A stretch of 48,033 bases of DNA from contig CAYRQB010000004.1 of NCBI GenBank assembly GCA_964426025.1, positions 1 to 48,033 of the forward strand. Direction: 5' to 3'. The notes beneath the pieces were generated by a model. That model was not told the origin of the DNA. It ran no database searches and saw nothing but the letters and a program-made list of their open reading frames with translations. The DNA is from an uncultured Heliomicrobium sp. (lineage in GTDB: Bacteria > Acidobacteriota > Blastocatellia > RBC074). The translations under genes were made by a program, and so were the position numbers. This document shows, in pieces, positions 21,066-28,760 of the stretch. How positions within the stretch are numbered: the first letter of the stretch is position 1; each line of letters begins with the position of its first letter.

Positions 21066-21528
21066 AAGTTGTCCCTCCTGTTCCGGTCTTTAATCCGGTC
21101 ACTATTTCCATTAGCCAATGAATCCATCTCCTTACTTAACGGCAATCCATATGCCGTGACGGGGAATCTACCGGCTTCGATAAAAGGGCGGTGGACAGCG
21201 GTCGAAAACAGCATTGCCATTCCACTGACACAATCAAAAAAATTGATTCGTGGCTTTACCGGACAATGGTGTAGCAGCTTGGGACAATCGCGTTCTGTCG
21301 TTCAGACCAGCAGCGAATAAACGTTGGTTATCGGTGACCAATAACATTGATGGAATCTTCAACAGGCCGTGCGAATTCCTTTGTCGGAACGCGGATTGCA
21401 CTACAGCATGAACTGAAGCATTAAAGGATTGACTGTAATGAAAAGCATCGGCTCTAGACCCCTGACAAAATGATTTTGCCGGATTGCAGTTTCGATGCAG
21501 TCTTACGCAATAAAGAAAGGAGGAGTTA

Positions 21529-22104
21529 GTGCGGCGTTATCAAGACCGAACTGAAGCGGGATGGCGCTTGGCTGTGCATTTTGCAGATTACTTCAAGCGA
21601 CCAGAGGTTATCGTGGTTGCCATATCGCCCGGAGGCGTGCAGGTGGGATATGAAATCGCGCAGGCGCTGGGCGCTGAGCTGGATGTTTTTCTACTCACGG
21701 AAGAAGACGAAACGCTTTCGGCGAATGCGCGCCGGGAGTTGGAACGTCAGGAACGTTATTACAGAGGCGGACGCACTGCGTTGATGCTGCGAGATCGAAT
21801 TGTAATTTTGGTGGACGACGGTTTATCCGCTGTTTCATTGATCAAGACGGCAATCAAGGCGGCGCGCAAACAGGAACCGGCGCGACTGATCATCGCCATA
21901 CCGGTCGTATCGGCGGCATATTTGGACGACATCAGTTCAGAAGCGGATCAGGCGGTTTGCTCCGTTTCACCGAAACTTTTTCAGGCGGCGGGATTTCTTT
22001 ACGAGAATCCGGCTTTGCCGACGGATATGGAAGTCCGCAATTTGATTGAACGAGCGGCGCGCCAACAAGCATCCGCTTCCGTGCCGCGTGCGCCTGGAGG
22101 GTGA
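21529..22104 (+). CDS. phosphoribosyltransferase-family protein (likely degenerate)
   Basis: 191-aa ORF with a GTG start 5 nt after the SD AAAGGAGGAG. The motifs RTEAG..LA......RPEV.V.AI.PGGV.VGYE.A.ALGA.LDV and IVILVDDG are typical of the stress-associated PRTase family. The PRPP-loop TG.T is replaced (DDGLSAVS). Confidence 0.72.
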   Translation: MRRYQDRTEAGWRLAVHFADYFKRPEVIVVAISPGGVQVGYEIAQALGAELDVFLLTEEDETLSANARRELERQERYYRGGRTALMLRDRIVILVDDGLSAVSLIKTAIKAARKQEPARLIIAIPVVSAAYLDDISSEADQAVCSVSPKLFQAAGFLYENPALPTDMEVRNLIERAARQQASASVPRAPGG

Positions 22105-22191
22105 TCAAGAGAAGTCGTTCAGATTGCTTAGCGTAGAACGGGGCTTCAATCTGTTCAGGCTAAAGCCTGTTCCACTTTTTGGAGGAAGAAT

Positions 22192-22662
22192 ATGAGAGTT
22201 TTGCTGGCAATAGACGATTCGCAACATTCGTGGGAAGCGGTTGAATCCGTGGCCATGCGTCCCTGGCCGTCAGGCACAATCGTCAGAGTTATGTCTTCGG
22301 TCGAATATCTGACTCCGGTCGGACCGGAATTCTGGTACGACGCCAACGGTCTTTTCGAACGCACGCGAAAAGGACTGGTTAAACGCGCCGAGCAAATCAC
22401 CAGCCGAGCCGTCAACACGCTGGCCGCCTGCGGGCTTTGGGCGAACAAGGTTGTGCGAGACGGAAATGCCAGAGCCGCGATCATAGAAGAAGCCAAAGAC
22501 TGGAATGCCGATTTGATTGTGGTTGGTTCGCACGCTCACACGGGCATCAAACGATGGATATTGGGCAGCGTCGCGCAATACGTCGTCAGCCACGCGCCAT
22601 GCTCGGTTGAAGTTATTCAGCAAAGGCAGATCGAAGATCAGGAAATGCACGCGGCGGCATAA
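22192..22662 (+). CDS. universal stress protein (UspA family)
   Basis: 156-aa ORF with the SD GGAGGA upstream. The motifs LLAIDDS and DLIVVGSH..TGI.R..LGSVA..V..HA.CSV are typical of USP. Confidence 0.85.
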   Translation: MRVLLAIDDSQHSWEAVESVAMRPWPSGTIVRVMSSVEYLTPVGPEFWYDANGLFERTRKGLVKRAEQITSRAVNTLAACGLWANKVVRDGNARAAIIEEAKDWNADLIVVGSHAHTGIKRWILGSVAQYVVSHAPCSVEVIQQRQIEDQEMHAAA

Positions 22663-23005
22663 CAGCGCGCACGACCGACTCTTCCATTTGTTGCGAAGCG
22701 AGCTTCCGAATCCTCCTTCCGTAACCGTTCAGTCCTTTTTGCCGCCAACGGCGAAGAAGCGAATGAGCGAATACCTTCTCCCTACCTATCCGTCAATTCT
22801 CCGTGACCGGCTGTTACTTTTGTCTTTGTAAAAGAATGTAGAACCTTGTGAAGAGGAAAAATTCGATTGCTCCTGAGCTTGGCCGAATCAATGCTGAGAG
22901 GCATCCGTTGGCGCGTTATGTGGCGCGGCTATATGATTGTCGCCGACGGATTCTGAAGTTGATCCGAGACATTGGGATCATCTGCATGCGATTGATACTC
23001 AAACC

Positions 23006-23020
23006 TGGCAAGTGATTTGC
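23006..23020 (+). promoter_or_regulatory. sigma-54-like promoter candidate upstream of/within the kinase gene start region
   Basis: The sequence is TGGCAAG-TGAT-TTGC, with the correct GG-N10-GC spacing (GG 23007-23008, GC 23019-23020). Confidence 0.35.
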
Positions 23021-23029
23021 CTGCACATT

Positions 23030-24616
23030 ATGGCTGAGCGAAAAGACCCGCAATCAGAAATCATTGAAGAGAGGGGCCGTAGTTTGAGTACGAGTACGCG
23101 ATTGATCGTGTCGTTGATCGTAATGATCGGATTGGTGATGAGCATCGCCGGGTATTACGGAATCAGACAGAGGCAGGAAATTCTGGCCAACGCATTGCAA
23201 AACGAATCGCGCGCTCAGGCCATGACCCTGCAACTGGTTCTGGAAAACGAATACCGAGCGGGAAGAATCGGCGAAGCGCAACGGTCCATCAATCAATTGA
23301 GCGCAAATCCGAAAATTTACAGCGTGACCCTTTATGATGATGAGGGGCGCGTTGTGATGGTGTCTCAGCCGCTGACCGAAAGCGATGTCGGCCATCCACC
23401 ACAAATCGCGCAGGTTATCTCAACCGGAAAAACGATTGAATCAATACGGCGCATTGGCAACGAGGAAGTTTTCTCGATCATTTCGCCGATTGGCACGGCG
23501 GCAGGTCGCCGCGGGGCTTTTGAAATCACGCAGCCGCGCTCTTTCATCAAGGCGGATTTTGCCCGCGCGCGATTGGACATAGGGTTGATCACACTGGCGC
23601 TGTTTCTGACGGTCGCGTTGGTTGTGTTGGTCGTCACGCGCCGCAATCTTTCCAGACCGATCAAGGAACTGCTGAACGGCGCGGAAGCGCTTGGCAAGGG
23701 CAATTTGGAATATCGAGTGATCGTTCCCAAAGGAGGAAACGAATTCAACCGGCTGGCGCTCGCCTTCAATCGCATGGCCGAACGGCTGGAAGAACAGTTG
23801 AGAGAAACCAAGCGCGAAGCCGAAGAGCGCGTGGCCTTGGAACGCGAACTTCGTCACAGCGAACGGCTGGCCTCGGTTGGACGATTGGCTGCCGGCGTCG
23901 CGCACGAAATGGGCGCTCCGTTGAACGTCATAAAAGGCCGCGCCGAACAATTGCTGGAACGGCTGGACGGATCGCTCGATGATTCGCGCGAAAAGTTCAG
24001 ACGCAATCTGACGATTGTCACCGAACAGGCCGACGGCATTGCGCGCATCGTGCGCGAGTTGCTCAACATGGCTCGTCCGTTCAATTTGAAACGAGCGCCG
24101 GTCGAATTATCCGCTTCGATTGCCAGAGTCGCCGAACTGATCGAAGCCGAAGCGGCAAAAAATAATGTGAGAGTGGAAGCCGCAAACTGCAACGGTTTAT
24201 TTATTGAAGCTGACGCCGAATTGTTGCATCAGGTGTTGATGAACGTTTGCCTGAATGGGATTCAGGCGATGCCCGAAGGCGGGCGGTTGCGCGTGGAAGC
24301 CGATGATCAACCAGTCGTCAAAGAGAACAAATCGTTTGTCCCGGTCAGAATTTCGGATACGGGCACGGGCATCGCGGCTGAACATTTGCCGCATATTTTC
24401 GACCCTTTCTTCACGACCAAAGAAGTCGGCAAAGGAACGGGACTTGGCCTGGCCGTTTCGTACCGCATCATCGAAGAGCACGGAGGATGGATTGAAGCCG
24501 CGAATCTTTCCACGGGCGGCGCTGCCTTCACAATCTATCTGCCGACATTAGCTAATCAGGAAAAAGCGGACAGAGTTGATCATTTGGTTGAAGCGGGAAT
24601 TGATCGTGGATTTTAA
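23030..24616 (+). CDS. sensor histidine kinase (two TM segments, periplasmic domain, HAMP, HisKA, HATPase_c)
   Basis: The start is ambiguous: TTG 22937 (longest ORF), ATG 23030, or TTG 23084 preceded by GAGGGG. The H-box is [13 protein letters not shown]. The N-box and the G1/G2 boxes (DTGTGI, GTGLGL) are present. Confidence 0.85.
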   Translation: MAERKDPQSEIIEERGRSLSTSTRLIVSLIVMIGLVMSIAGYYGIRQRQEILANALQNESRAQAMTLQLVLENEYRAGRIGEAQRSINQLSANPKIYSVTLYDDEGRVVMVSQPLTESDVGHPPQIAQVISTGKTIESIRRIGNEEVFSIISPIGTAAGRRGAFEITQPRSFIKADFARARLDIGLITLALFLTVALVVLVVTRRNLSRPIKELLNGAEALGKGNLEYRVIVPKGGNEFNRLALAFNRMAERLEEQLRETKREAEERVALERELRHSERLASVGRLAAGVAHEMGAPLNVIKGRAEQLLERLDGSLDDSREKFRRNLTIVTEQADGIARIVRELLNMARPFNLKRAPVELSASIARVAELIEAEAAKNNVRVEAANCNGLFIEADAELLHQVLMNVCLNGIQAMPEGGRLRVEADDQPVVKENKSFVPVRISDTGTGIAAEHLPHIFDPFFTTKEVGKGTGLGLAVSYRIIEEHGGWIEAANLSTGGAAFTIYLPTLANQEKADRVDHLVEAGIDRGF

Positions 24617-24719
24617 CTACTCTGACCGAGTCTGTGCCGCCAGCGGCAACAAGCGAGTTTTCCGCAATTCAGCGAGGTCGAGTGATTATCGGGAGTTTTC
24701 AAATCAAGGAGCGAAGCGA

Positions 24720-26087
24720 ATGAAAGCGCGAGTATTGATTGCCGAAGACAATGGGGACATGAGCGATCTGTTGCAGGAAGTGATGGAAGACGCCGGTTAT
24801 GACACGATCGTTGCCGTCAACGGGCGTCAGGCGTTGTCGCACATTGAAAAAGAGAGCAAGGTAATTGATCTGGTAATTTCCGACGTGCAGATGCCCGAAA
24901 TGACCGGCGATCAGTTGCTGGCCAAAGTCCGCGAATGCAGACCCGAAACGCCTGTCATCGTCATCACCGCCTTCGGATCAGTCGAACAAGCCGTGGAGAT
25001 GGTCAAGGCCGGAGCTTATCAGTACCTGACCAAGCCGTTTGAGAATCGAGAGATTCTGCGTCTGGTTGAAGAAGCTCTGGAAGGGTCGGAAGCCCAACGC
25101 GAACAAGCGCGATTGCGACGCGAACAGCCCGCCACGCCTCCACGAATCATCGGGGCTTCGCGTCCGATGCGGGAATTGTTCGACCACATTGCTTTGGCGG
25201 CTCGCAGCGCCAGCACGGTTTTGGTCATAGGCGAATCGGGAACCGGCAAGGAACTTGTCGCGCGCGCAATCCACGAATTGTCGGAACGCAAAGGCGCATT
25301 CGTCCCGGTCAATTGCGCGGCGATCCCCGCCGACCTGATCGAAGCCGAATTGTTCGGCCACACGGGCGGGGCTTTCACCGGAGCGAAACAGCCACGCGCA
25401 GGTTTGATCGAGGCTTCAGACGGCGGCACGCTCTTTCTGGACGAAGTGGGCGAATTGCCGATGCCGGTTCAGCCGAAGCTGCTGAGGTCGCTTCAGGAAG
25501 GCGCGGTTCGCCGTGTCGGATCGAATGCCGAAAAACCTGTTGATCTGCGCGTCGTTGCCGCAACCAATCGCAATCTTGAACAGGACATGCACGAAGGCCG
25601 ATTTCGCGAAGACCTCTTCTGGCGATTGAACGTCATTCGATTGAAAGTTCCGCCGCTTTGCGAACGCCCGTTCGACATTCCTTTGCTGGTCGAACATTTC
25701 ATCAACAAAGCCACCGAAACGGCGAAACGTCCGCCATTGGATGTCGCGCCGGACACGCTGGCCATTCTGACGGCCTATGCCTGGCCCGGTAACGTGCGCG
25801 AATTGGAAAACGCCATCGAACGCGCAGTCGCCTTTGCTCGCGGCGCTACTTTGTTGCCGGAAGATTTGCCGGAACGCGTTCGCACCAGCGGACGAACAAC
25901 CGCGCTCATCGCGCGTTCGCTCGAACAAAACATGACTCTGCGCGAACTTGAGCGCGAATACATTCTGGAAATGTTGCGCCGAACCGAAGGCAACAAATCG
26001 CGCGCGGCTGAACTGCTCGGTCTGGATCGCAAAACGCTTTATCGAAAACTGGATGAGTATCGAAATGACGGCATTCCAGGTGTGTAG
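24720..26087 (+). CDS. sigma-54-dependent response regulator (NtrC family: REC + AAA+ + Fis-type HTH)
   Basis: The ATG at 24720 follows the SD AAGGAG; the longer ORF from 24576 overlaps the kinase gene. It has the REC motif (DLVISD.QMPEM), Walker A GESGTGKE, the GAFTGA loop (GGAFTGA) and a C-terminal HTH (GNKSRAAELLGLDRKTLYRKL). Confidence 0.9.
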   Translation: MKARVLIAEDNGDMSDLLQEVMEDAGYDTIVAVNGRQALSHIEKESKVIDLVISDVQMPEMTGDQLLAKVRECRPETPVIVITAFGSVEQAVEMVKAGAYQYLTKPFENREILRLVEEALEGSEAQREQARLRREQPATPPRIIGASRPMRELFDHIALAARSASTVLVIGESGTGKELVARAIHELSERKGAFVPVNCAAIPADLIEAELFGHTGGAFTGAKQPRAGLIEASDGGTLFLDEVGELPMPVQPKLLRSLQEGAVRRVGSNAEKPVDLRVVAATNRNLEQDMHEGRFREDLFWRLNVIRLKVPPLCERPFDIPLLVEHFINKATETAKRPPLDVAPDTLAILTAYAWPGNVRELENAIERAVAFARGATLLPEDLPERVRTSGRTTALIARSLEQNMTLRELEREYILEMLRRTEGNKSRAAELLGLDRKTLYRKLDEYRNDGIPGV

Positions 26088-26103
26088 CGCGTTGCGGCGC
26101 ATG

Positions 26104-26120
26104 TGTGGCGTCTCGCCACA
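26104..26120. promoter_or_regulatory. perfect palindrome TGTGGCG-tct-CGCCACA (candidate enhancer/UAS site)
   Basis: It has 7-bp perfect arms and lies about 135-150 nt upstream of the -24 element. Confidence 0.4.
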
Positions 26121-26146
26121 TCAATTCGATTTATAACTTTGCCATC

Positions 26147-26176
26147 TGTTGTCGCCATTTGACGATGGCGACAACA
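26147..26176. promoter_or_regulatory. perfect palindrome TGTTGTCGCCAT-ttgacg-ATGGCGACAACA (candidate enhancer/UAS site or U-tract-less hairpin)
   Basis: It has 12-bp perfect arms and a 6-nt spacer, and lies about 80-105 nt upstream of the -24 element. No T-run follows on either strand. Confidence 0.45.
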
Positions 26177-26252
26177 ACAAAACGCGATTGCGCCAATGCC
26201 GACAACATTGCTGAAGCAACGCGCCAATTGTCCCCGCTTCGCTTCCGACCTC

Positions 26253-26268
26253 TGGCACATTCCTTGCA
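26253..26268 (+). promoter_or_regulatory. sigma-54 (-24/-12) promoter candidate
   Basis: The sequence is TGGCACA-TTCC-TTGCA, with GG at 26254-26255 and GC at 26266-26267. It matches TGGCACG-N4-TTGCW at all defined positions but one. It lies directly downstream of a sigma-54 activator gene and faces the SOD-like gene. Confidence 0.6.
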
Positions 26269-26529
26269 CAATATAAAAACGTAAGGTTCGCAAATGCGAT
26301 TATCCCTCCTCTTCGCAGGCGGCCAACGATAGACCTTGTTACCCAAACAAATTTACGACTTATGAATAATCGTCGTGGTTGATCGTGATGTTACTGAAGC
26401 CGTCTGCGAGGACAATATCTGACTTACTGTTTGGTAATCATAACCCCGCGAGAGGATCGCTCGAACGAGTATCGGATAAGTATCCAAGAGAAGAATACAA
26501 ATTTAATTACAACTATAAGGAGAGTATCT

Positions 26530-27156
26530 ATGATGACGAAATATGAAGCTAAAACTTTTGACCATTTGATGGGAACCACAGGATTCAGTGATCAGTTATT
26601 GACCAATCACTTCACGCTTTACAAAGGCTACGTCGCCAACACCAACAAATTGATTGAATGCCTGGACAAGTTAATCAAAGACGGCAAAACAGACACGCCT
26701 GAATTCGCCGAACTCAATCGTCGTTTTGGCTGGGAATTCAACGGCATGAGATTGCACGAACTATATTTCAGCAATATGGCCAAGGGCGGTTCGCGATTGG
26801 CGCAGGGAACTCAGATGTTCAACAAACTGACGGAGAATTTCGGAAACTATGAAAGCTGGGAAAAAGATTTCAAGGCGGCAGGTTCGATGCGCGGAATCGG
26901 CTGGGTGATTCTGTATTACGACACGATTGGAGACCGGCTCTTCAATTCATGGATCAACGAACACGACAGCGGCCATCTGGCCGGAGCGATTCCGCTGTTG
27001 GTCATGGATGTGTTTGAACATGCCTTCATCACTGATTACGGATTGAAGCGCGCTGATTACATTGACGCCTTTTTCAAAGCCATTGACTGGAAGGCCGTCA
27101 GCACCAGATTCGATCAGTTTGCGGCGAAGAAAATGACCGCCAAAGCCACAACGTAA
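26530..27156 (+). CDS. Fe/Mn superoxide-dismutase-family protein (divergent)
   Basis: The ATG at 26530 follows the SD AAGGAGAG; the longer TTG-initiated ORF from 26431 is rejected. Candidate metal ligands lie in NHFTLYKGYV, FNGMRLHELYF and MDVFEHAF (compare D.WEHAYY in canonical SODs). The canonical N-terminal LPY..L.P motif is absent. Confidence 0.72.
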   Translation: MMTKYEAKTFDHLMGTTGFSDQLLTNHFTLYKGYVANTNKLIECLDKLIKDGKTDTPEFAELNRRFGWEFNGMRLHELYFSNMAKGGSRLAQGTQMFNKLTENFGNYESWEKDFKAAGSMRGIGWVILYYDTIGDRLFNSWINEHDSGHLAGAIPLLVMDVFEHAFITDYGLKRADYIDAFFKAIDWKAVSTRFDQFAAKKMTAKATT

Positions 27157-27351
27157 CTTAGGTAAGCAGAGTCAGTCGCCCGTTCGTCTTGAATGAGGCT
27201 CTGCGGGTGACCAACGCACGCCGTAGAATTGCGCGGGTAATTGCTGAACAGATTTTTTCGGCATTGCCCGCGCGCATCTGCGTTGGAGTTAATCGGACAA
27301 AAGATTCCGTTCTTTCAGTATGAGGACAAAGGAAGAACGGACAACTGAGAT

Positions 27352-27591
27352 GTGATGAGTAAGAGATTGATCGGCAGGAAAAACGCGAAAGTCGCCAAAT
27401 GCGCGCGCGCGACGTGTGAATGTCCGTCGCGACGCGGAAGCAAGTATTGCAGCCCGTTTTGTCGGCGATCCAGCCGCAAGACAGGATGTCCCTGCGGACA
27501 TCGAAGCTGTCAAAAAGGCGGCGTTCTGAAGATCAACTCGACAGCGAGCAGGAGGAAGCATTGGACACTGACTCAGTCAGTCAAGTATTGA
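27352..27591 (+). CDS. small Cys-rich, prokaryotic-metallothionein-like protein
   Basis: 79-aa ORF (GTG 27352 / ATG 27355). Its pattern is KC-x4-C-x-C-x8-C-x3-C-x8-C-x-C-x-H-x2-C. It shares KCA, YCSxxC and CGHxxC with SmtA/BmtA-type metallothioneins. It overlaps the upstream part of ORF 27420-28079 in another frame, so only one of the two readings can be right in 27420-27591. Confidence 0.45.
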   Translation: MMSKRLIGRKNAKVAKCARATCECPSRRGSKYCSPFCRRSSRKTGCPCGHRSCQKGGVLKINSTASRRKHWTLTQSVKY

Positions 27592-27605
27592 ATCAGCCTG
27601 AATTT

Positions 27606-28079
27606 ATGACAAATAAACATGAGGATTTTGAAGCAGAACCAGCTAAACAACTTCTTGGCCAAATCCCTTCAGCCGACTTCTCAGTCACGGGGATCAAAGA
27701 CACGTTGTCGGCTCTGGCCAACGGGCGAGTGGATGAGCTATTGATCAGCAAATCATTTCATATTTCGAATTTTGAACTCTCGGACATCCCTGAATCATTG
27801 CTGCCTGATTCAATGATGCCGAATGATTCCGACAACACTCAGTTGCACCGTCTGCTGATTGCCGATGTGCTGGTGAAATACGCTTTGCGATCCGGAGCCA
27901 GAGTTACTTTTATTGAAAACAGTTGGCTGCTGAGAGAGTTCGACGGCATTGGAGCCTTTCTTCGTCGTCGAACAAATCGCGACAAGCACATCGCCCGAAG
28001 GCCGAAACGTTTTCGGTTCGCGTTCATGAGATTGCTGTCTTTTCTGATCGCTTTTTGCCGCCGTGAGCGCAAAAAGTAA
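27606..28079 (+). CDS. eRF1-domain-3/Pelota-C-like protein with basic-hydrophobic tail
   Basis: This is the ATG at 27606 within ORF 27420-28079. The extended ORF overlaps the Cys-rich ORF. The motifs VTGIKDTLSALANGRVDELLIS ... YALRSGARVTFIE....LREFDGIGAFLRR resemble the C-terminal domain of eRF1/Pelota/bacterial aeRF1-like proteins. The assignment is by eye only. Confidence 0.5.
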   Translation: MTNKHEDFEAEPAKQLLGQIPSADFSVTGIKDTLSALANGRVDELLISKSFHISNFELSDIPESLLPDSMMPNDSDNTQLHRLLIADVLVKYALRSGARVTFIENSWLLREFDGIGAFLRRRTNRDKHIARRPKRFRFAFMRLLSFLIAFCRRERKK

Positions 28080-28172
28080 GGCTGGCAGTTGCAGATAATC
28101 AGAAAAGGGATAAATTGTCCGACAGTAAGGTCTGATTCATTAAGGTTCCACCAGACAAGAGGGGAATGCAGA

Positions 28173-28745
28173 ATGCCAGTTAACGATTCCGACAAATGCG
28201 GGAATGAATCGGCAGAAGTAATCTTTCGCGAGAAAGAAGATGCGCTGCTGTTGAAGCTGGGCAAGCTGAAAGCTGAGGCAAAAGACAATTTGTCCGAAGA
28301 GACGGGAATCTCGGACGAAGACATTCTCAATGATCTGTACGAACTGGGATATGCGCGCTCGACGATTGAAAACCTTTTGCCTCTTCTGCCGTTGGTTGAA
28401 GTGGCCTGGGCTGAAGGAGGAGTGACGGAGAAAGAGCGGAAACGCGTTCTTGATCTTGCCGCTCGTCGCGGTATTTGGCCGGACACGCCTGAATATCAGC
28501 AGTTGACGGGATGGTTGCGCGAAAAACCAACAGACGAATTCTTTCGGCGTTCGATGCGTATCATCAGAGCTTTTCTGGAAACGCTTGATCCCGCCCAACG
28601 CAGTCTCCACCGCACAAAAGTGATCTCCGATTGTCTCAGCGTAGCCAAAGCCTCAGGCGGTTTGTTTGGTTTCGGCAACAAAATTTCGGATGAGGAAATG
28701 AGAATGATGGAACAGATCATTGAAGACATATGGCCGAGTTCATAA
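28173..28745 (+). CDS. TerB-like (tellurite-resistance TerB family) protein
   Basis: The ATG at 28173 lies 8 nt after GAGGGG; the longer ORF from 28089 is rejected. The motifs LPLVEVAWAEGGVTEKERK.VL..A...G, PEYQQL..WL...P..EFF and AKASGG.FG.G.KIS.EE are typical of this TerB-like family. Confidence 0.7.
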   Translation: MPVNDSDKCGNESAEVIFREKEDALLLKLGKLKAEAKDNLSEETGISDEDILNDLYELGYARSTIENLLPLLPLVEVAWAEGGVTEKERKRVLDLAARRGIWPDTPEYQQLTGWLREKPTDEFFRRSMRIIRAFLETLDPAQRSLHRTKVISDCLSVAKASGGLFGFGNKISDEEMRMMEQIIEDIWPSS

Positions 28746-28760
28746 TTTTGCCAATTCAAA

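Noticed and set aside
21069-21320. 83-aa + strand ORF in the divergent mreB-like/PRTase intergenic region.
   Set aside because: It starts immediately adjacent to the mreB-like start and SD region. It has no SD of its own and no recognisable motifs. The region is more plausibly promoter DNA.
26147-26176. 12-bp hairpin as the intrinsic terminator of the NtrC-family gene.
   Set aside because: No U-tract follows on either strand. Its position relative to the sigma-54 promoter fits an enhancer site better, although a terminator or processing role is not fully excluded.
27512-27516. Programmed -1 ribosomal frameshift at the A5 run joining the Cys-rich and eRF1-C-like frames.
   Set aside because: The zero-frame context (CAA AAA G) is not a canonical X XXY YYZ heptamer, and I see no obvious downstream stimulatory structure. 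Two genes or an indel are more likely. The question is kept as a finding to be tested, but not called as a feature.
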